Part shown: in pieces, positions 1 to 7,243 of the stretch
Layout of the letters: each line of letters opens with the position of its first letter
Numbering within the stretch: the first letter of the stretch is position 1
Source: Candidatus Omnitrophota bacterium
Lineage (GTDB): Bacteria > Ratteibacteria > UBA8468 > MWAK01
DNA: 13,012 bases
Direction: 5' to 3'
Assembly: GCA_043797665.1 (NCBI GenBank)
Contig: JAZDPL010000030.1
Span: 1 to 13,012 of the forward strand
Made by a program: the position numbers and the translations under genes
Notes under the pieces: model-generated
Told to the model about the DNA's origin: nothing
The model's input: the letters and a program-made list of their open reading frames with translations, nothing else
Database searches by the model: none

Positions 1-330
1 CCACATCTCCGTCAACTGTTCCTCGGTAATCTCCGGCGGAAGGTTAAGGTCAATCGTAAGGTATTTCGGTTTCAGACCGGAGACGGCGACATCAGAGAAT
101 ATGATGTGGAAGGCGAACCAGGCCGCGCGGCTGAATCCGTAGGCCGGAACGATAAAGAACGGGTCGGTCGAGAACGAAAGGCAGGTGTCTCCAATCTTTA
201 CCACGCCGTAATCAACGCCGTGTCTGGGACCGATTATGACATTTTTGTCCTTCGCCCCAAGACGCGGGAAAATAATCCGGTCAAAAAATTCCGGATGAAC
301 CTTTCCGAGTTCGGGTAACTTCTCTTCCAT
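1..330 (-). CDS. AIR synthase (PurM)-like / HypE-related protein, N-terminal 110 aa (runs off the window edge)
   Basis: Not in the ORF track. Manual translation from ATG at 330: MEEKLPELGKVHPEFFDRIIFPRLGAKDKNVIIGPRHGVDYGVVKIGDTCLSFSTDPFFIVPAYGFSRAAWFAFHIIFSDVAVSGLKPKYLTIDLNLPPEITEEQLTEMW, open to position 1. G-x-D, STDP and SDVAVSG.KP match PurM/HypE/ThiL N-terminal motifs. An AGGGGG SD-like sequence and a promoter lie upstream. Confidence 0.85.
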   Translation of the reverse strand, partial: MEEKLPELGKVHPEFFDRIIFPRLGAKDKNVIIGPRHGVDYGVVKIGDTCLSFSTDPFFIVPAYGFSRAAWFAFHIIFSDVAVSGLKPKYLTIDLNLPPEITEEQLTEMW

Positions 331-376
331 TATTCTTGTATCTTCCCCCTTATGTAATAGTTAAGTTTCCATGAAA

Positions 377-405
377 AGTATACCCCTTTTTAACTTTTCC
401 GTCAA
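377..405 (-). promoter_or_regulatory. sigma70-type promoter for the PurM/HypE-like gene
   Basis: Minus strand reads TTGACG (405-400), a 17-nt spacer, then TATACT (382-377), in an AT-rich intergenic gap 46 nt upstream of the ATG. Confidence 0.75.
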
Positions 406-457
406 AGTTCAAGCCAAAAATAATCGCGACCGGATGGTGGGGTAAGGGAAAGGAAAC

Positions 458-913
458 TCACTTCTGACAAGCCGCTTCTAAAAATTGGGTTGCTTCTTCC
501 ATCCCTTTTGTAACTGCAGGAGAAAGATCTTCGCCCAGTCCGATTTTTTCCGGTTGAATGGCTAATAAATAAACCTGGGCAGTGGTCTGAAGGGTCAAAA
601 AATTTATTACCAGGGAGAGGGAGGTGGAGTGGGTGGAAAACCCCTGGGTTTTAGGCCGGGGGTTGGAGAAAATCCTGAATTCGCCCGGTTTTCCTCCAAA
701 TTCACCCGCATCAATGAGATAGATTATATCCGGTTGGTCTGCCGTAATCTTATCCAGGTAGTTTTCCGGTGATTCTCCCACCTCGTATATTTTTACGTTG
801 GGTTTGTTTCGCAGGTGTTCTTTCAGTCTGGCGGCTATTGCTACTCCCACTCCGTCGTCACCGCGCAGGATATTCCCAATGCCTACAATTACTATTCTAA
901 GGGGTTGACGCAT
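458..913 (-). CDS. Hydrogenase maturation endopeptidase (HycI/HybD family, peptidase A31)
   Basis: N-terminal GIGNILRGDDGVG signature, LIDA aspartate, STH histidine, IQP..IGLGEDLS; 151 aa. Confidence 0.92.
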   Translation of the reverse strand: MRQPLRIVIVGIGNILRGDDGVGVAIAARLKEHLRNKPNVKIYEVGESPENYLDKITADQPDIIYLIDAGEFGGKPGEFRIFSNPRPKTQGFSTHSTSLSLVINFLTLQTTAQVYLLAIQPEKIGLGEDLSPAVTKGMEEATQFLEAACQK

Positions 914-2190
914 CGGGTAACCAGAAGGGTCCGGCCGGATATCTTTTCCACCTTCACCTTTTCCCCTTGTTTGATCGGGGAATCATCAAGGCTGCGGGCG
1001 GTCCAGTATTCACCGTGGACGTAGATTGTCCCTTCCGGTGCCAGGTCGGTACGTGCTTCGCCGATTTCTCCCAACAATCCTTCCTTTCCGGTGGTAACCT
1101 TCCGGCGTTGCGATTTGAAGGCAAAGGTCGCAATCGTGAAGATTAAGAGAGCAAAGACAAGACTGGTAACTACGGAAGAGATAGGTGAAACATGAAGATA
1201 AGAGTACGGCCGGATGAGAAACAGCGAACCGAATAAAAGAGCCACGATTCCTCCTAATCCTAATAGACCAAACATAGGGGTGTGGGCTTCCAGAACAAAG
1301 AAACCCACGGCGACAAAAATAAGGGCAACGCCGGCGATATTGACCGGAAGAGCCGAGAGTCCGTAAAAAGCCAGGAGAAGACAGATAAAACCGACGATTC
1401 CCGGGAACCCGATACCCGGGGTGGAAAATTCGGACAGGATACCTAAGATTCCGAGAAGCAACAAAATGAAAGCAATATTAGGGTCACTTACTGACTGAAG
1501 TATCCGGTGGCGCAGGTTAATAATTGTTTCTTCTATAGGCACACCCTTTGTCTTGAGAGTAATGGTTCCGGAAGGGAGACGCAGAACCTTTCCGTCTATC
1601 TTTGTCAAAAGGTCGTTGAGGTTTTCCGCGGTGAGGTCGGCGACTTTTAGCCTCAACGCTTCGTGTTCGTTGATGGAAACGCTTTGCCGGACAGCTTTTT
1701 CCGCCCATTCCTTGTTCCGGTTCCACCGGACCGCCAGGGTGGTGATGTAGGAAACGGTGTCGTTGACCACCTTATTCTCCATCGTCTCATCCATTTTGCC
1801 CATCGGTGAGACCGGATGTGCCGCACCGATATTGGTTCCCGGCGCCATCGCCAGGACCGGGCAGGCAAGGGCGATAAAGGTGCCGGCTGAGGCGCACTGG
1901 GCGTCAGAGGGTGCCACGTAGGCGATAACCGGCACCGGGCTGTTCAGAATACCCTGGACAATCTCCCGGGTTGAGGTTAAGAGCCCGCCGGGTGTGTCAA
2001 TCTTGATTACCAGGGCAGTGGCTCCGGTTCGTTTGGCTTCCGCTAAACTGCCCAGGATTATTTCTGCAGTTGCCGGACTTACCGCACCTTTCAACGGTAC
2101 CACAATTATCTTATTGCTTTCCGCTGATGCGAATGAACCAATAGCTAGAAAGAAAAATAACAATCCCCGGAATTCTCGTCTCATACGCAT
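892..2190 (-). CDS. nfeD: Full-length NfeD: signal peptide, ClpP-class serine protease domain, membrane domain, C-terminal OB fold
   Basis: DTPGG, ASAG (catalytic Ser), TNIGAAHP, K-x-x-ND (catalytic Lys), several hydrophobic TM segments, C-terminal GxIxVHGEYWTA. Confidence 0.93.
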   Translation of the reverse strand: MRMRREFRGLLFFFLAIGSFASAESNKIIVVPLKGAVSPATAEIILGSLAEAKRTGATALVIKIDTPGGLLTSTREIVQGILNSPVPVIAYVAPSDAQCASAGTFIALACPVLAMAPGTNIGAAHPVSPMGKMDETMENKVVNDTVSYITTLAVRWNRNKEWAEKAVRQSVSINEHEALRLKVADLTAENLNDLLTKIDGKVLRLPSGTITLKTKGVPIEETIINLRHRILQSVSDPNIAFILLLLGILGILSEFSTPGIGFPGIVGFICLLLAFYGLSALPVNIAGVALIFVAVGFFVLEAHTPMFGLLGLGGIVALLFGSLFLIRPYSYLHVSPISSVVTSLVFALLIFTIATFAFKSQRRKVTTGKEGLLGEIGEARTDLAPEGTIYVHGEYWTARSLDDSPIKQGEKVKVEKISGRTLLVTRCVNPLE

Positions 2191-2193
2191 AGG

Positions 2194-3297
2194 TTACTTT
2201 AGCATTATATCGGGCCGGTTAATCTTTTTGCCGCGGTATTCAACCTCAATCATGGGCCAGGTGGCATCAGTAGAAATGATTTCCGGTTCTCCGGTTTTGG
2301 TTATTAAGATGGTATCCTCGGATTTGGTGCCGGTGATGGATGGATTCCAGGCAAAGGCAGAGTTTACTACCACCTTTCTTTTTTCGGTAAGAAAGGCTTT
2401 AAAATAACGGGGCTGGTAACCGGTAGGACCTCCCTGGTGGTGCCGGTGCCATTCCTGCGGAAACCCGGTTTCCCGATAGGCTTTAACGCCGGCTTTGAAG
2501 ACTTTGCCAATGGCTATGCCCGGGGTCGTTTCCAGGATGAAGGCAGCGTCGACACAGGCAACCGCCTGATGTTTTTTCCGGAGTTCCGGTGAAATCTTTC
2601 GGAATGAAACTAAGCGGGTGGCGGAGGCAACGAGGCCGTTTTTTCTTCCGCACACCACTAACATCACATAATTTTTGAGGCGGTTTTCGGTTGGTAAGGG
2701 ATGGCGGAATTTGGCTGTTCTTTCGTCGGCCGCCACCAGAATAACGATTGGGACAATTCCGTCTGCCAGAAAAATTCCCGCCATTATGGCGGCGATTTCT
2801 GTTTCTTTTTGGCCGGGTTTTATTGCTTGTGCTGTTTCCGTTAGCCCTTCACCAACCTTCTTTCCCAATTCCCGGTAGCGGTCCAGTTCCGGTTCGGTCA
2901 GGGGGAAGTGAAGCGGAGAAAGGTTAACCGGTCCTCCGGAAGATGCGGCGTCAGAGAGAATTTTGAATAAGTCCGTAACCCTGGAGATAACCTTTACCTT
3001 TTCTTTCTCTTTATACCAGGGGTAACCTAACGGTTTTATGGGAAGTCCGGATACCTCTTCTTCCAGTATCCGGTCTTTTTCAATATTGTTAGCGATGAGG
3101 AACACGTCGTCCCGGGTAACCAGTATTTCCGCGGCTCCGGATTCTGTGGCGGTGTTGACCCGGTTTTCACCCCCGGCGGTAACCCAGGAAAAATTCGCCT
3201 GAGTGCCGATGAGGACTCCTTGCTTCTTGTGTCGGACCAGAAATTTTCTGAGACGTTCCACCTTTATTTTGAATTCTTCTTTCCTGTCCATGCTCAT
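2194..3297 (-). CDS. M24/creatinase-fold (pita-bread) hydrolase with a non-canonical active site
   Basis: Creatinase-N-like start (QANFSWVTAG), IKPGQKETEIA, FRHP, HHQGGPTGY, WNPS, KSEDT; 367 aa. Confidence 0.8.
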   Translation of the reverse strand: MSMDRKEEFKIKVERLRKFLVRHKKQGVLIGTQANFSWVTAGGENRVNTATESGAAEILVTRDDVFLIANNIEKDRILEEEVSGLPIKPLGYPWYKEKEKVKVISRVTDLFKILSDAASSGGPVNLSPLHFPLTEPELDRYRELGKKVGEGLTETAQAIKPGQKETEIAAIMAGIFLADGIVPIVILVAADERTAKFRHPLPTENRLKNYVMLVVCGRKNGLVASATRLVSFRKISPELRKKHQAVACVDAAFILETTPGIAIGKVFKAGVKAYRETGFPQEWHRHHQGGPTGYQPRYFKAFLTEKRKVVVNSAFAWNPSITGTKSEDTILITKTGEPEIISTDATWPMIEVEYRGKKINRPDIMLK

Positions 3298-3306
3298 CCT
3301 TATTGT

Positions 3307-3328
3307 GTGCGATAAATCGCACCGCTAC
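3307..3328 (-). repeat. Single GTAG-family REP-like palindrome
   Basis: Minus strand GTAG-CG-GTGCGAT-TT-ATCGCAC: a GTAG tetranucleotide followed by a perfect 7-bp inverted repeat, in the folE/M24 gap. Confidence 0.7.
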
Positions 3329-3335
3329 CGTTGTT

Positions 3336-3905
3336 TTACAGGGCCGGGACCTTATGAATCAGGTTGAGCGCCTCGTTTCTGGTGCGGGCGTCGTTAAGAA
3401 ATATTCCCCGCATCACCGAGGTTACGGCGCGGCTGCCGGGTTTTTTAACTCCCCGCATGGTCATACACAGGTGTTCCGCCTCTACCACTACCATTACCCC
3501 CTTGGGCTTTAAGGTCTTCATAATGGTATCCGCAATCTGAGAAGTCAGCCTCTCCTGGAGTTGGAGCCGGCGGCTGAGGATTTCTACGACCCGGGCTATT
3601 TTGGAAAGTCCGGTAATCCGATGTTTGTCGGGGATGTAAGCGATATGGGCTTTACCCAGGAAGGGAAGCAGGTGATGTTCGCACATTGAGTAAAGGGGAA
3701 TATCCCGGATTAAAACCAATTCGTTATATTCTTCAATAAAGACGACTTCCAGCGCTGTCTTGGGTTCTTTGCCTATACCGGCAAACAGTTCTTCCGCCAT
3801 GTTGGCTATCCGTTTGGGGGTTTCCACCAATTCGGGTCTGGCTGGATTTTCTCCGATGCCTTCAAGAAAGAGCCGAACCGCCCGCATTATCTTCTTCTTA
3901 TCCAT
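3336..3905 (-). CDS. folE: GTP cyclohydrolase I
   Basis: ETPKR, SMCEHHLLPF, GLSKIAR, RRLQLQERLT, EAEHLCMTMRGV with the Zn ligands intact; 189 aa. Confidence 0.97.
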   Translation of the reverse strand: MDKKKIMRAVRLFLEGIGENPARPELVETPKRIANMAEELFAGIGKEPKTALEVVFIEEYNELVLIRDIPLYSMCEHHLLPFLGKAHIAYIPDKHRITGLSKIARVVEILSRRLQLQERLTSQIADTIMKTLKPKGVMVVVEAEHLCMTMRGVKKPGSRAVTSVMRGIFLNDARTRNEALNLIHKVPAL

Positions 3906-3915
3906 AAATAGGAAA

Positions 3916-3943
3916 TGTCATTCTGAGCGACAGCGAAGAATCT
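3916..3943 (+). repeat. Short intergenic imperfect hairpin repeat (TGTCATTCTGAGCGACAGCGAAGAATCT)
   Basis: ATTCT-GA-GC-GACA-GC-GA-AGAAT folds as a stem with tandem G.A mismatches. It resembles GTCATTC...GAATCT REP-like repeats I recall from many bacteria; only one copy is in this window. Confidence 0.6.
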
Positions 3944-3954
3944 GAATTGTGCCG

Positions 3955-5805
3955 TTAACGAGTTTCTTCTTTCAGAAGCTCGTCAACTTCTTTGCCGGTC
4001 AGGGTCTCTTTTTCTAAAAGGGTATTAGCTAATTTTTCTAATTTAGCCCGGTTTTCCTGGAGGAGCCGTAAGGCTTCCTTTTCTGAATTTTCCAGAATCG
4101 TTTTAATTTCTTCGTCAATTTCCCGGGCAGTCGTTTCGCTGTATTCCCGGGTCCGGGCAAGGTCTCTGCCTAAGAATACCTCGCCTAAAGACCGGTTGTG
4201 GTAACTGACCGGTCCCAGCCGGCTGCTCATGCCCCATTCGCAGACCATCTGCCGGGTTAGTTCCGTGGCAGACTGAAGGTCGTTTTCCGCACCGGTATAC
4301 ATCTTCTGGAAAATTATCTTTTCCGCGGCCCTTCCGCCCAGGAGGGTGATTAAGGAGTTCCGGAAGAAAGTCTCATTTTCTATGTGGATATCCCTTTCCG
4401 GAAGGATGTGGGTTGCGCCCAGGGAACGGCCCCGGGGGATGATGGTGACCTTATGAATGGGTTGTGATTCCGGCAGGCTGCGTTGAACTAAGACGTGTCC
4501 GGATTCATGGTAGGCGATGACCTTTTTTTCTTCCTGGTTGAGAACCATGCTCTTGCGTTGAGCGCCCATCATCTCTTTGTCCATTGCCTCGTCTAAGTCG
4601 GTCATCTCAATCGCCTGGTGGTTTTTGCGGGAAGCCAGCAGGGCTGCTTCATTACAGAGGTTGGCTAAATCCGCTCCGGACATTCCCGGAGTGCTTTTGG
4701 CGATGACCGAAAGGTCCACGTCACCGCCTAACTTGGACTTTTTGGTATGTACCCTGAGGATGGCGTCTCTTTCCTGGACGTCGGGAAGATGCAGCATTAT
4801 CTGACGGTCAAAACGGCCCGGTCGCACCAGGGCCGGGTCCAGTACGTCCGGTCGGTTGGTGGCCGCCATCAGGATAATTCCTTCTTCCGTATTAAAGCCA
4901 TCCATCTCTACCAGAAGCTGGTTAAGGGTCTGTTCTCTTTCGTCATGTCCTCCGCCCAAACCGGCAAAGCGCTGGCGGCCTACCGCATCAATTTCGTCAA
5001 TAAAGATGATGGAGGGAGCCATTTTTTTTGCCTGGCGGAAGAGGTCCCGTACACGGGAAGCACCGACGCCGACGAACATTTCGACAAACTCGGAACCGCT
5101 CATAGAAAGGAAAGAGACGTTGGCTTCGCCGGCGACCGCCTTGGCTAAAAGGGTTTTGCCGGTGCCGGGTGGGCCGATGACTAATACCCCTTTCGGAATT
5201 CGGCCGCCCAGAGTCTGGAATTTCTTGGGGTCTTTCAGGAACTCAATTACTTCCTGTAATTCTTCTTTCGCTTCCTGGTATCCCGCCACGTCGTTAAAGG
5301 TGGTTTTGGGTTTTGTTTCGGAAAGTGGCTGCGGTCTGATTCGGCCGAAAGAGAGAATCTGGTCTCCGCCGCCAGAACGCCGGTAGACCATAAACCAGAA
5401 GAATCCGATGATGATGAGAATCGGTAAGGCCGCGGCCAGAATCTGGACCCAGACTGCACGGCCGGCCTCGGGCAAGACCTCAAAAGAGACTTTTTGGTTC
5501 CTTAAAATCTGGTAAAATTCCGGGTCATTATCCGGAACAAAAGTTTTAAACTCCTTGCCGTCGGCAGTCTTTCCGCTTACCTGTCCTTGCCGGATGGTAA
5601 TCTTTCCCGAGACCTGTCCTGTTCCGATATAGTTGAGGAAGTCACTGTAAGAAATCTTCTCCGCCGGTTTCTTTTCCAGGAGAGAGGACGCGCGGGTTAT
5701 CTGGAAGATTAATATACCTAAGATAGCCCAGAAGAATAAACTTTTCCAGATAGGCGGCATCTGGGGTTGCTGGCCGGGCGGTGTCGGTTTTCTTTTCGTT
5801 TCCAT
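3955..5805 (-). CDS. ftsH: ATP-dependent zinc metalloprotease FtsH
   Basis: Two N-terminal TM segments, Walker A GPPGTGKT, pore FVG, Walker [37 protein letters not shown] zinc motif, GAENDL. Confidence 0.98.
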   Translation of the reverse strand: METKRKPTPPGQQPQMPPIWKSLFFWAILGILIFQITRASSLLEKKPAEKISYSDFLNYIGTGQVSGKITIRQGQVSGKTADGKEFKTFVPDNDPEFYQILRNQKVSFEVLPEAGRAVWVQILAAALPILIIIGFFWFMVYRRSGGGDQILSFGRIRPQPLSETKPKTTFNDVAGYQEAKEELQEVIEFLKDPKKFQTLGGRIPKGVLVIGPPGTGKTLLAKAVAGEANVSFLSMSGSEFVEMFVGVGASRVRDLFRQAKKMAPSIIFIDEIDAVGRQRFAGLGGGHDEREQTLNQLLVEMDGFNTEEGIILMAATNRPDVLDPALVRPGRFDRQIMLHLPDVQERDAILRVHTKKSKLGGDVDLSVIAKSTPGMSGADLANLCNEAALLASRKNHQAIEMTDLDEAMDKEMMGAQRKSMVLNQEEKKVIAYHESGHVLVQRSLPESQPIHKVTIIPRGRSLGATHILPERDIHIENETFFRNSLITLLGGRAAEKIIFQKMYTGAENDLQSATELTRQMVCEWGMSSRLGPVSYHNRSLGEVFLGRDLARTREYSETTAREIDEEIKTILENSEKEALRLLQENRAKLEKLANTLLEKETLTGKEVDELLKEETR

Positions 5806-5820
5806 ATTCCTTCCGTTTTT

Positions 5821-5838
5821 ATGACAGTTTTACGACAA
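5821..5838 (-). promoter_or_regulatory. Pho-box-like 11-bp-period direct repeat (possible OmpR/PhoB-family site)
   Basis: Minus strand TTGTCGT-AAAA-CTGTCAT versus the Pho box CTGTCAT-A(A/T)A(T/A)-CTGTCA(C/T); 15 nt upstream of the ftsH ATG. Confidence 0.35.
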
Positions 5839-7062
5839 CTGTTCTGAAAAGCGTAACGCACAGTATTCACCACACATCGTACAGTAGTCTTCGTCTTTGC
5901 GTTGAACCTTCAAGAGTTTATCCGGGTTAAGAGCCATTTTCTTTTGTGTTTTCCAGTCCCGCGCCTTACGCGCCAGAGAAAAGAGTCGGTCCCACTGATG
6001 AGCTTTTTTCTTTCCGCGGGCTAAATCCGCGGCATGCCCGGCAATACGGGAAGCGTAAACGCCTTCCGCCACTTCTTCCGGTGAAGGCAGGGAGAGATGT
6101 TCGGAAGGTGTTACGTAACAGAGAAAATCCGCACCGGCCATTCCGGCAACTGCTCCTCCGATCGCTGAAGTAATGTGGTCGTAGCCGGGTGCCACGTCGG
6201 TTACCAGCGGACCCAGAAGATAGAGCGGTGCTCCGCCGCAGACCTGTTTGGCTAATTTCACGTTCATTTCCACCTGATGGAGCGGAATATGACCCGGACC
6301 CTCAATCAGGACAGGGACTCCGGATTTCCGGGCTTTTTCCGCCTGTCTGCCCAGGGTAAACAGTTCTTCCAACTGAAACGAATCGGTACTGTCTGCAATG
6401 GCGCCGGGACGCAGTCCGTCTCCCAGACTTAAGGTCAGGGAATACTTTCGGGCAATCTTCAAAAGCCGCCCGAAATCGGCTAAGAGAGGATTTTCTTTGC
6501 GGTTGGCTAATATCCAGCAGGCTATGATTGAACCACCCCGACTGACGATGTTGATGAGGCGTCTTCCCTTCTGGAACCTCCGGACAATTTTTTCGCTGAC
6601 TCCGGTATGAACCGTAATGAAAGAGATACCTCCCTCTGCTTCTTCTTCAATCTTTTCCCATAAGGTCTGTTCGCTCATCTTCCGGACGTCGCCGTATTTT
6701 CCGGTTGTTTCAACCGCCGCGGAGTAGAGGGGTACACTGCCTACCGGTAAATTCGTTTCTGCGATTATCCGGCGCCGTATTTCTTTTAAGTCTCCGCCCG
6801 TGGACAGGTCCATTATCGTATCCGCACCCGCCTTTTCCGCGGATTTCAATTTTGCCAGTTCTTCCTTAATATTGGTCTGCTGGGGAGATGTCCCGATATT
6901 AGCGTTGACCTTGATGAAACAGCCTTCGCCTATCGCCAGAGGGGCACCCTTGGGATTCCGTACTATAATGATGCGGCCGGACTTAATACGCTCTTTGAAT
7001 CCGGATACCGGAATCTCTTCTTTCTTTGCCAGAATTGCTAATTCTTCTTTGGTCAATTCCAT
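5830..7062 (-). CDS. thiC: Phosphomethylpyrimidine synthase (radical SAM), short type
   Basis: KVNANIGTS, GADTIMDLSTGG, IVSRGGS, SLGDGLRPG, EGPGH, GYDHI, CYVTPSEHL, C-terminal CTMCGEYC (Cx2Cx3C) Fe-S motif. Confidence 0.98.
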   Translation of the reverse strand: MELTKEELAILAKKEEIPVSGFKERIKSGRIIIVRNPKGAPLAIGEGCFIKVNANIGTSPQQTNIKEELAKLKSAEKAGADTIMDLSTGGDLKEIRRRIIAETNLPVGSVPLYSAAVETTGKYGDVRKMSEQTLWEKIEEEAEGGISFITVHTGVSEKIVRRFQKGRRLINIVSRGGSIIACWILANRKENPLLADFGRLLKIARKYSLTLSLGDGLRPGAIADSTDSFQLEELFTLGRQAEKARKSGVPVLIEGPGHIPLHQVEMNVKLAKQVCGGAPLYLLGPLVTDVAPGYDHITSAIGGAVAGMAGADFLCYVTPSEHLSLPSPEEVAEGVYASRIAGHAADLARGKKKAHQWDRLFSLARKARDWKTQKKMALNPDKLLKVQRKDEDYCTMCGEYCALRFSEQLS

Positions 7063-7079
7063 TTGGTTAATATCTCCGT

Positions 7080-7243
7080 AATGTTGGGAACCTTTCTTCG
7101 CTCAGACAGTAGCTTCGGCAGAAACAGTTGTACCGGTTTGCTCAACAGGGTCCCTCCGAACGAGTTCAGATACCCTATTTCGCAAACCTAACAACTGTCT
7201 TTCTGCCTCTCGCAAACTCGCTCTGGAAAGGTTCCCCAACATT
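7080..7243 (-). other. ~164-nt rod-like nested hairpin element (structured RNA or MITE/REP-like element; identity unresolved)
   Basis: Nested inverted repeats: 7080-7096/7226-7243, 7117-7131/7191-7207, 7135-7141/7182-7188, 7144-7151/7172-7179, 7155-7160/7165-7170. Confidence refers to the structure, not to any function. Confidence 0.8.

Noticed and set aside
5406..5416. Short (GAT)n runs here and near 12386-12394
   Set aside because: They are Ile codon runs (ATC) within coding sequence, too short to be contingency repeats.
7091..7110. Hammerhead ribozyme core (minus-strand CUGAGCGA...GAAA)
   Set aside because: It does not fit CUGANGA, and no stem II separates it from GAAA.
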